In this document: one piece after another, positions 29,641 to 37,140 of the stretch | Position numbering within the stretch: the first letter of the stretch is position 1 | Layout of the letters: every line of letters begins with the position of its first letter | Assembly (NCBI GenBank): GCA_963667785.2 | Contig: CAXXMU010000002.1 | Coordinates: 512,001 to 576,000, forward strand | Direction: 5' to 3' | DNA: 64,000 nt | Origin: Alphaproteobacteria bacterium | GTDB taxonomy: Bacteria > Pseudomonadota > Alphaproteobacteria > UBA828 | The notes under the pieces: model-generated | Seen by the model: only the letters and a program-made list of their open reading frames with translations | What the model was told of the DNA's origin: nothing | Databases searched by the model: none | Position numbers and translations under genes: made by a program

Positions 29641-30807
29641 ATGTCAGCAGTCGATCACGACCCTATCGCCTTCATCGACCTCGGCGCGCAGTACCGGCGC
29701 CTGAGGCAGGACATCGACTCCGCCATCGAAGGGGTTCTCGAGGACGGCCGCTTCGTCATGGGGCCGGAGGTGGCCGGGTTGGAGACGGCGCTCGCGGCGC
29801 GCGCCGGCGCGGCATGCGCCGTCACCTGCGCGAGCGGCACCGACGCCCTGCTGATCGCGCTGATGGCCGAGGGAGTCGGCCCCGGCGACGCGGTCTTCGT
29901 GCCGGGCTTCACCTTCCCCGCGACGGCGGGCGTGGTGGCGCTGCTGGGTGCAGCGCCCGTCTTCGTCGACGTCGAGGACGCGAGCTGCCTGATGGACGCG
30001 GACGATCTTGCCGCGAGGGTTGCCCGCACGGCGGCGGAGGGGAGGCTCGTTCCGAAGGCGGTGATCGCGGTGGACCTGTTCGGCCAGGCGGCGGACTACG
30101 AGACGCTCGCGCCGCTCGCGGCGGAGCACGGGATGCTGCTGATCGACGACGCGGCCCAGAGCTTCGGCGGGGCGAGCGGCGGCCGGCCCGTCGGCGCGCT
30201 CGCACCGGTCACCACCACCAGCTTCTATCCGGCCAAGCCGCTCGGCTGCTATGGCGACGGCGGCGCCCTCTTCACCGACGACGAGGCGCGCGCGGCCCGC
30301 TGGCGCTCGATCCGCGAGCACGGCGCGGGCGCCGGCAAGTACGACATCGTTCGTATCGGCCTCAACAGCCGCATGGATACGCTGCAGGCGGCGATCCTGC
30401 AGGTGAAGCTCGCCGCCTTCGACGCCGAGATCGAAGCGCGCGAGCGGGTCGCGGGGTGGTACGATTCGGCACTGGCCGGCGTCGTCGAACTGCCGGGCCG
30501 GCTGCCCGGCCGGCGCTCGACCTGGGCGCAATACACGGTCCGGCTGCCGCGCCGCGACGCGGTGCAGACGGCGCTTGCGGAGCGGGGCGTCCCGACAGCG
30601 GTCCATTACCCGGTGCCGATGCACCTGCAGCCGGCCTACGACGCCGCCGGCTCCGGCCCCGGCTCCCTGCCGGTCAGCGAACGGCTGAGCCGGCAGGTTC
30701 TCAGCCTGCCCATGCACCCCGACCTCGACGAGGCCACGGCAGGGCGGATCGCCGCCGCGGTGCGGGATGCCGTGCGCGATGTCGCACGCGATGCGGCGGG
30801 GGCCTGA
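29641..30807 (+). CDS. DegT/DnrJ/EryC1/StrS family PLP sugar aminotransferase (WbpE-like)
   Basis: FIDLGAQY, SGTDAL, DAAQSFG, SFYPAKPLGCYGDGG and NSRMDTLQAA motifs. Confidence 0.93.
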   Translation: MSAVDHDPIAFIDLGAQYRRLRQDIDSAIEGVLEDGRFVMGPEVAGLETALAARAGAACAVTCASGTDALLIALMAEGVGPGDAVFVPGFTFPATAGVVALLGAAPVFVDVEDASCLMDADDLAARVARTAAEGRLVPKAVIAVDLFGQAADYETLAPLAAEHGMLLIDDAAQSFGGASGGRPVGALAPVTTTSFYPAKPLGCYGDGGALFTDDEARAARWRSIREHGAGAGKYDIVRIGLNSRMDTLQAAILQVKLAAFDAEIEARERVAGWYDSALAGVVELPGRLPGRRSTWAQYTVRLPRRDAVQTALAERGVPTAVHYPVPMHLQPAYDAAGSGPGSLPVSERLSRQVLSLPMHPDLDEATAGRIAAAVRDAVRDVARDAAGA

Positions 30808-30870
30808 AGGCGGCCCGATGGCGGAGGGCGGCACACCGGCGGTCGGGCGGCCGGGACTCCGAGGCCGCTC

Positions 30871-32082
30871 TTGAGCCGGGAGCCCGCGCCCGGCGCGGCC
30901 ACCCGCTGGGACATCGTGCTGATGGCGCTCGGCGCCGGGATCCTGGCCGGCTTTCAGGTCGGCAAGGTGCCGCCGGCATTGCCGGTGCTGCGAGAAAGCC
31001 TCGGCCTCGACCTCGTCACCGCAGGCTTCCTGACCTCGATCTACTATGCGATCGGCGCCGTCTTCGCTGTGGCCGTGGGGCTGCTCTCCGATCAGGCAGG
31101 CCCGCGGCGCCTGATGCTCGCCGGTGTCGTCTTCCTCGGCGCGGGCAGCCTCCTCGGCGGCCTGGTGAGCGGCAGCACCCTGCTGCTGGTGGCGCGCTTC
31201 GTCGAGGGATTCGGCTTCGTCGGCGTGACCGTGACCGCGCCCAAGCTGATCGCCGCGGCCGCCCGCCCCCGCGACCAGGGCCTCGCCTTCGGCATCTGGG
31301 GCGCCTACATGCCGCTCGGCATGGCCATCGCCATGCTGATCGCGCCGTCGCTGCTCGACGCCGTGGGCTGGCGCGGCTTCTGGCTCGTGAGCGCGGCGCT
31401 GGCGGCGCTCTTCGGGGTGGCGCTGGGCTGGAGCCTGCACCCGCGCCGCTGGCCGGTCGTCTTCGTCGCCGAGGCGCTCGACTGGTCCGGCGTGGGCGCG
31501 ACGCTCTCGCGCGCGGCGCTCTGGCTCTTCGGCCTCTCGTTCGCGCTCTACACGCTGCAGTGGTTCGCCATCATGACCTGGCTGCCCACCTTCCTGATCG
31601 AGACCCAGGGGCGCAGCGCATCCGGCGCGGCCATATGGGGCGCGATGGTGGTGGCGGTCAACGCGCTGGGCAATTTCGCCGCCGCCTGGCTGATGCACCG
31701 GCGCGCGCCGCGCTGGGCGCTGGTCGGAATCGCCTTCTGCGCGATGGGGGGCGCGTCCGCCGGTGTGTTCATCGCCGGCACCCCGGGCGACCTCAAGGTC
31801 GTGCTCGCGTTCGTCTTCAGCGCCGTCGGCGGGCTGCTGCCCGCGGCCGCGATCGCCGGCGCCGCCGCGCACGCGCCGCGCGCGGCCTTCGTCGCCATGG
31901 CGAGCGGCTTCGTGGTGCAGGGCGCCGCCCTCGGCAGCCTGCTGGGGCCGCCGGTGATGGCGGCTGCGGTGGAGGGGCTCGGCGGGTGGGCCGCCTCCTG
32001 GTGGGTGATGCTCGCCGTCTCCGCCGCCGGTCTCGGTCTCGTGGCCGGCCTCGTCGCGACGGACCGCCTGCGCCACCGCTGA
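30871..32082 (+). CDS. MFS transporter (CynX/NimT-like)
   Basis: About 12 hydrophobic segments, FQVGKVPPALP, GLLSDQAGPRR motif A, ARFVEG. Confidence 0.88.
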   Translation: MSREPAPGAATRWDIVLMALGAGILAGFQVGKVPPALPVLRESLGLDLVTAGFLTSIYYAIGAVFAVAVGLLSDQAGPRRLMLAGVVFLGAGSLLGGLVSGSTLLLVARFVEGFGFVGVTVTAPKLIAAAARPRDQGLAFGIWGAYMPLGMAIAMLIAPSLLDAVGWRGFWLVSAALAALFGVALGWSLHPRRWPVVFVAEALDWSGVGATLSRAALWLFGLSFALYTLQWFAIMTWLPTFLIETQGRSASGAAIWGAMVVAVNALGNFAAAWLMHRRAPRWALVGIAFCAMGGASAGVFIAGTPGDLKVVLAFVFSAVGGLLPAAAIAGAAAHAPRAAFVAMASGFVVQGAALGSLLGPPVMAAAVEGLGGWAASWWVMLAVSAAGLGLVAGLVATDRLRHR

Positions 32083-32191
32083 GGCGGATATATCAAGTCG
32101 GGTCTGGCGCGGTGCCAGCGGTAATGATATGGGGGCGGCCCAGCGAAGGGGTGCCAGGGCTGCGTCGTCCGGACGCAGGGGGAGAGAGTTC

Positions 32192-32530
32192 ATGGAAGTG
32201 ACGACCGAACGACAGAACGGCGTGCTGTCCGCCCTCGTGAGCGGCCGCGTCGATTCCACCAATGCCAGAGAGTTCGAGGAGCAGATCAGACACGCGATCG
32301 AGGACGATGACCGCGCCGTGATCATGGACTTCGAGCAGCTCGCCTACATCAGCAGCGCGGGCTTGCGCGCCGTGCTGATGACTGCGAAGAACCTGTGGAG
32401 GCGGGAGGCGACGTTCGCGCTCTGTGCGCTGCCGGACGTGGTGCGGGAGGTCTTCGAGGTGAGCGGCTTCGACAAGATCATCACCATCCATCCGTCTCGC
32501 GAAGAGGCGCTGGCAGCCGTCGAGGGATGA
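32192..32530 (+). CDS. STAS domain anti-sigma factor antagonist
   Basis: GRVDSTNA, YISSAGLR (phosphorylatable Ser) and VFEVSGF motifs. Confidence 0.92.
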   Translation: MEVTTERQNGVLSALVSGRVDSTNAREFEEQIRHAIEDDDRAVIMDFEQLAYISSAGLRAVLMTAKNLWRREATFALCALPDVVREVFEVSGFDKIITIHPSREEALAAVEG

Positions 32531-33204
32531 CGGCGGGGGGCCATGCGATGCTGACCTTTACCGAGGAGATTCTGCTCCTTCTGCTCGACGACGAGGACGG
32601 TTCCTTCGCGCCCATCCCCAAGTCCACGCTCTCGTGCGCGATCGCGGGCGCCGTGCTGATGGACCTCGCCTTCGCCTACCGGATCGATACCGACCCCGAG
32701 GCGCTCGTGGTCAGCGATCCGACGCCCACCGGCACTCCCATGCTCGATACCACGCTGGCGAAGATCGCGGCACACGAGCCGGGATCGGACACGCGGACCT
32801 GGATCAGGGTGCTCTCCGTCGAGGATTCGCCCGGCATTCGCGAGCAGGCGCTGGAGAGCCTGGTGGCGCGCGGCATCGTGACGCGGCGCGAGGAGAGGGT
32901 GCTCTGGGCCTTCCGCGCCCGGCGCTATCCCACGATCGACGGCAACGTGGAGCAGGAGGTCAAGCTGCGGATCGGGGAGGTCCTGCACTCGGACGAGATT
33001 CCCCACCCGCGCGATGTCGCGCTCATCGGCCTGGTGGACGCCTGCGACCTCCTGCGCGACATCTTCCCCGGCACCGACATCGAGCGACTGCGCCCGCGCG
33101 TCGACCAGCTCCGCCAGATGGACTTGATCGGCCGCGAGCTCGCCGGCGCCATCACGGACATCGAGCACACCGTGACCATGGCTCTCTCGGGCGCCCCCTA
33201 CTAG
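32527..33204 (+). CDS. GPP34 (GOLPH3/Vps74-like) family phosphoprotein
   Basis: LTFTEEILLLLLDD, AGAVLMDLA...RI, L.SLVARGI...E..LW.F..RRYP, P.PRD.ALIGL. ATG 32527 overlaps the STAS stop (alternative start 32548). Confidence 0.82.
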   Translation: MTAGGHAMLTFTEEILLLLLDDEDGSFAPIPKSTLSCAIAGAVLMDLAFAYRIDTDPEALVVSDPTPTGTPMLDTTLAKIAAHEPGSDTRTWIRVLSVEDSPGIREQALESLVARGIVTRREERVLWAFRARRYPTIDGNVEQEVKLRIGEVLHSDEIPHPRDVALIGLVDACDLLRDIFPGTDIERLRPRVDQLRQMDLIGRELAGAITDIEHTVTMALSGAPY

Positions 33205-33364
33205 AGTCCCGTTTCCGACGTTCGCGTGCTTTCGAAGCGCGCGTCTGACCTGCACCAACCATCCAGTCTCATCGTCATACCCCGGACCTGTTCCGGGGGC
33301 CGGCCATGACGCGACGGGGGCCGAACACCGCTCCCTCACGTGGCGACCGGAAGTGGGATTCGCC
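33201..33364. mobile_element. MITE-like element with imperfect terminal inverted repeats enclosing a truncated REP-like palindrome
   Basis: Left end CTAGAGTCCCGTTTCCGACGTTCGC, right end CGGAAGTGGGATTC. Internal CGTCATACCCCGGACCTGTTCCGGGGGCCGGCCATGACG (33273-33311). Homologous to 46622-46838. Confidence 0.6.
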
Positions 33365-33427
33365 AAGGGGGGGCATGCGGGATTTCGTGGGATAGCGAGG
33401 GATTCCGCGGGGTCTGGCGGCCTCCAT

Positions 33428-33463
33428 ATCCCACTTGAGCACCTGATCCCGCTTGAGCACCGG
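33428..33463. repeat. 18-nt direct repeat x2
   Basis: ATCCCACTTGAGCACCTG / ATCCCGCTTGAGCACCGG. Confidence 0.7.
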
Positions 33464-33663
33464 CTCCCCCGCCACGCCCCGCTCCTTCCCGCTCGTCTCC
33501 GCTCTCGCCCATCATGCCGCAACCCTCGCACGCCCCTCGCACGAGTGGCACCGCACCATGGTCCGGGGAATGTGAGGCGGCGGGCGGGCGACCGAAGCGC
33601 GCCATCGCCGCCGGCCGTCGCACCGTCGCCGAGAGTCGGGATTGCAGGGGCAGGCGGCGGATG

Positions 33664-33678
33664 TGTAATATAATAACA
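33664..33678 (+). promoter_or_regulatory. putative Zur (Fur-family) box
   Basis: TGTAATA-T-AATAACA, a 7-1-7 near-palindrome with one mismatch per half to TGTTATA-N-TATAACA. AT-rich island 80 nt upstream of a His-rich OM protein. Confidence 0.7.
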
Positions 33679-33757
33679 TAGTCGATAGCCGATGGAGCCG
33701 GCAGGCGGGCTGCGGTTCGCTTCAGGCGCTGCCATTGCAGGGTAGGGGGAGAAGGAC

Positions 33758-35272
33758 ATGCGATACGCCGTTGGCATCGCCGCGACCGTTGCGGTTGCGG
33801 CTTCCCTTGCAGCACCGCGGGCGGAAGCCCAGACGGAGAGCGACGTTCCCTTCGCCGCCGGTCTGGCACTGGAAATTCAGGCGCTCAGGGAGGACTACGA
33901 AGCCCGGATCAGGGCGCTGGAAGAGCAACTCGAGGCGCTGCGGTCCGGCTCCCCCGGCAAGCCGACCGGCCATGACGATCACGGCCATGCACCCCACGAC
34001 GACATGGGAGCGCGCGCCGGGGAAGGCGGCGCGCCCGACGTGAGCATCGCCGCTGTTCTGAGGGGCATGGTCACGTCCCATTCCGCCGAGGATTCGGCGC
34101 CTGCCGGCTTCCGTCTCGGCCACGAGAGCGAGCGCCCGCCGGAGGGCTTCTCGCTCGGTCACAGCGAGCTGGTGTTGTCGAGCCAGGTCAGCGACGCGTT
34201 GCAGGGCACTCTCACGCTCGGCGTCGGCGCACACCCGGGCGAGCCTACAGAGCTGGAACTCGAGGAGGCGTACATCCGCACCCTGTCGGGCGCCGGCCTG
34301 CCGCCGGGCCTGAGCCTGACCGCCGGTCGCGCCCTCTGGAATTTCGGCTACCTCAACGAGCGTCACGCGCACGAGGACGACTTCAGCGACCGTCCCCTGC
34401 CTTACCGGGCCTTCCTCGACGGCGCGTACAACGATGACGGCGTCGAGCTCGCGCTGTCGTTGCCCGGCAGCGTCCGCACCGAGGTGGGCGGCGGCCTGTT
34501 CCGCGGCGACGATCTTCCCTTCGGCGGCTCCGATACCGGCCGCCGGGCGTGGTCGGCCTTTGCCCGCGTCGGCGGGGACATGGGACGCGACTCGTCCTGG
34601 AGGATCGGTGCCTCCATCCTGGGCGGGCAGGTGATCGGCGGCGCCGGCGGCCATGCGCACGAAGAGGACGCGCATGGCGAGGAGGCCGGCCACGCCGACG
34701 AGATGGACGACCACGCCGACGAGATGGACGACCACGCCGACGAGATGGACGACCATGCCGACGAGATGGATGACCACGCCGACGAGATGGATGACCACGC
34801 AGACGAGGACTTCGCGCCGTCGGACTTCTTCTACGACGGCATGTTCACCGGCGACCGGCAGCTCCTCGGCGCCGACGTCCGCTACGCCTGGTCGCCCACC
34901 GGCGATGCCAGGCAGACCCAGTTGATCCTTCAGGGCGAGCACTTCTGGCAGACGGACGCCGGCACCTACACGCTGGAAGAGCACACGCTGGCGAGCGACG
35001 GCAGCAGCGCCGGCTGGTACGCGCAGGCGGTCTACAAGGTCGCGCCGGAATGGCGCCTCGGCGTGCGCTATGCCCGCCTCCGCCCGTCGAACATGGCGGA
35101 AACCGACCACGACCCGAGCGCGGTCGCCGTCATGGGCGACTGGACCACCAGCCGGTTCGGGCAGGTGCGCCTGCAGTACAACCGGGAATCGATGACGGGC
35201 GGCGAGGAGGACAATCAGCTCATCCTCCAGTACACGGTCAGTCTGGGCGGGCACGCCGGTCACGACCACTGA
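33758..35272 (+). CDS. zinc-regulated outer-membrane beta-barrel/porin-like protein with His-rich loops
   Basis: Signal peptide, N-terminal coiled coil, GFSLGHSEL, ELEEAY, FGYLNERHAH..DF.DRPL, GWYAQAVY and RLQYN..LQYTVSLG.H motifs. Upstream Zur-like box. Confidence 0.78.
   Translation: MRYAVGIAATVAVAASLAAPRAEAQTESDVPFAAGLALEIQALREDYEARIRALEEQLEALRSGSPGKPTGHDDHGHAPHDDMGARAGEGGAPDVSIAAVLRGMVTSHSAEDSAPAGFRLGHESERPPEGFSLGHSELVLSSQVSDALQGTLTLGVGAHPGEPTELELEEAYIRTLSGAGLPPGLSLTAGRALWNFGYLNERHAHEDDFSDRPLPYRAFLDGAYNDDGVELALSLPGSVRTEVGGGLFRGDDLPFGGSDTGRRAWSAFARVGGDMGRDSSWRIGASILGGQVIGGAGGHAHEEDAHGEEAGHADEMDDHADEMDDHADEMDDHADEMDDHADEMDDHADEDFAPSDFFYDGMFTGDRQLLGADVRYAWSPTGDARQTQLILQGEHFWQTDAGTYTLEEHTLASDGSSAGWYAQAVYKVAPEWRLGVRYARLRPSNMAETDHDPSAVAVMGDWTTSRFGQVRLQYNRESMTGGEEDNQLILQYTVSLGGHAGHDH
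34691..34807 (+). repeat. 21-nt in-frame tandem repeat, (HADEMDD)x5 plus HADE
   Basis: CACGCCGACGAGATGGACGAC units at 34691, 34712, 34733, 34754, 34775 and a partial unit at 34796. Confidence 0.95.
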
Positions 35273-35347
35273 GCGGCGTCGCGACGCTGGAGGGGAGGGG
35301 CGGTATCGACTAGCATCCGGGCAGGCACCATCTGACGGGGACCGGCC

Positions 35348-36202
35348 TTGATCCTGCTCACCGGCGCGACCGGCACGACCGGGAGCGCCACCGTCGCCCA
35401 GCTTCGCGGGACGAACCGTCCGTTCCGCATCATGAGCCGCGACGTCGCCCGCGCGAGGCGGCAGTTCGGCTCAGGCCTCGACTATGTCGAGGGCGATTTC
35501 GCCGATCCCGGCACCCTCGCCGCCGCATTCGACGGCATCGAGACCCTCTCGCTCCTCTGCGCCTTCTCCGAATCGATGGTCGAGCTCGAGCTCAACGCCG
35601 TCGCGGCCGCCGAGCGGGCCGGCATCCGTCGCATCGTCAAGATGTCGGCGATCAAGGCCGCGCCCGACGCGCCGACCACCATCCGCCGCTGGCACGGGGT
35701 GATCGAGCAGCGCATCAACGAATCGGGGATCGCCTACACGCACCTCTGGCCCAACGCCTTCATGCAGAATTTCAGGCGTTTCGCGCCCCTCATCAGGGAG
35801 CGGGGGGAGTTCTATGCGCCGGTGGGGGAGGCGCGGATATCGCTGGTCGAGATCGAGGACGTGGCCGCGGTGACGGTCGCGGCGCTGGTGGAGGACGGGC
35901 ACGAGGGCGAGACCTACGAGATCACCGGGCCGGAGGCGATCTCCTATGCCGAATGCGCGGCGATCCTCACGCAGGAACTGGGCAGGCCGGTGCGCTACGT
36001 CTCCGTCAGCGACGAGGAGGCACGGGCCGCGCTCGGGGCCGCCGGCATCGGGCCCGAGGCGGCGCATGCGCTGGTCGAGATCGACGGCCTGTTCCGGGAG
36101 GGATTCGGCGCGCCCGTGACCGACGTGGTCGAGCGCGTGACCGGGCGAAGCCCCCGCGACTTCCGCACCTTCGCGCGGGAGAACGCGGCGCTCTTCCGCT
36201 AG
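35348..36202 (+). CDS. NmrA-like/atypical SDR NAD(P)H-binding oxidoreductase
   Basis: ILLTGATGTTG, PNAFMQN, EDVA and YEITGPE motifs. TTG start. Confidence 0.88.
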   Translation: MILLTGATGTTGSATVAQLRGTNRPFRIMSRDVARARRQFGSGLDYVEGDFADPGTLAAAFDGIETLSLLCAFSESMVELELNAVAAAERAGIRRIVKMSAIKAAPDAPTTIRRWHGVIEQRINESGIAYTHLWPNAFMQNFRRFAPLIRERGEFYAPVGEARISLVEIEDVAAVTVAALVEDGHEGETYEITGPEAISYAECAAILTQELGRPVRYVSVSDEEARAALGAAGIGPEAAHALVEIDGLFREGFGAPVTDVVERVTGRSPRDFRTFARENAALFR

Positions 36203-36215
36203 CGCCACCGGGCGG

Positions 36216-37127
36216 ATGAGCGACACCCCCTATCCCCGCGACATGGTGGGCTACGGCCGCAACCGGCCGCACCCGCGCTGGCCGGGCGATACGCGCATCG
36301 CCGTGCAGTTCGTCATCAACTACGAGGAGGGCGCGGAGAACAGCGTGCTCCACGGCGACGCCGGCTCGGAGACGCTGCTGACCGAGTTCGGCTTCGCCGA
36401 GCCTCGCATCGGCGAGCGCGCGCTGCCCATCGAATCCATGTACGAGTTCGGCAGCCGCGTCGGCTTCTGGCGCCTCCACCGGCTCTTCACCGAGCGCGGC
36501 GTGCCGGTCACGGTCTTCGGCGTCGCCATGGCGCTCGCGCGAAACCCCGACGCGGTCGCCGCGATGGTCGAGGCGGACTGGGAGATCGCGAGCCACGGCT
36601 ACCGCTGGATCGACTATCACGCCGTGCCCGAGGCAGACGAGCGCGCGCATATCGAGAAAACGATCGCGATCCAGCGGGAGCTCACCGGCACGCGCCCGCT
36701 CGGCTACTTCCTCGGCCGCCGCAGCCCCAACACCGTGCGCCTCGTGGCGGAGGAGGGAGGCTTCCTCTACAGCCAGGATTCCTACGCCGACGAGCTGCCC
36801 TACTGGGTGGAAGAAGGTGGCCGGCGCCTGCTGATGATCCCCTACACGGCGGATCACAACGACCACCGCTTCGCCACCGCGCCGGGCTTCGACTGGGGCG
36901 AGCCCTTCCTCGCCTATCTGCGGGACGCCTTCGACGTGCTCTACGAGGAGGGCGCCGAGCGACCCGGCATGATGAGCATCGGCTTGCACAGCCGGCTGGT
37001 CGGCCGGCCGGGCCGCTTCGCCGCGCTCCGACGCTTCGTCGACCACGTGCTCGCCCACGACCGGGTCTGGCTCTGCCGCGGCATCGACATCGCCCGCCAC
37101 TGGCGGGCGCGGGAGGACGCGGGCTAG
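36216..37127 (+). CDS. puuE: PuuE-type allantoinase (polysaccharide deacetylase fold)
   Basis: YPRDMVGYG, QFVINYEEG.E, ESMYEFGSRVGFWRL, HGYRWI, DSYADELPYW and MSIGLH.RL.GRPGR motifs. Confidence 0.85.
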   Translation: MSDTPYPRDMVGYGRNRPHPRWPGDTRIAVQFVINYEEGAENSVLHGDAGSETLLTEFGFAEPRIGERALPIESMYEFGSRVGFWRLHRLFTERGVPVTVFGVAMALARNPDAVAAMVEADWEIASHGYRWIDYHAVPEADERAHIEKTIAIQRELTGTRPLGYFLGRRSPNTVRLVAEEGGFLYSQDSYADELPYWVEEGGRRLLMIPYTADHNDHRFATAPGFDWGEPFLAYLRDAFDVLYEEGAERPGMMSIGLHSRLVGRPGRFAALRRFVDHVLAHDRVWLCRGIDIARHWRAREDAG

Positions 37128-37140
37128 GTTCGAGGCGGCC

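Noticed and set aside
29514-32325. About 895-aa ORFs on both strands
   Set aside because: Arg/Gly/Ala-rich off-frame or antisense readings of the DegT and MFS genes
34691-34807. Tandem repeat considered as a CRISPR array
   Set aside because: No unique spacers, in frame within a CDS, and no cas genes
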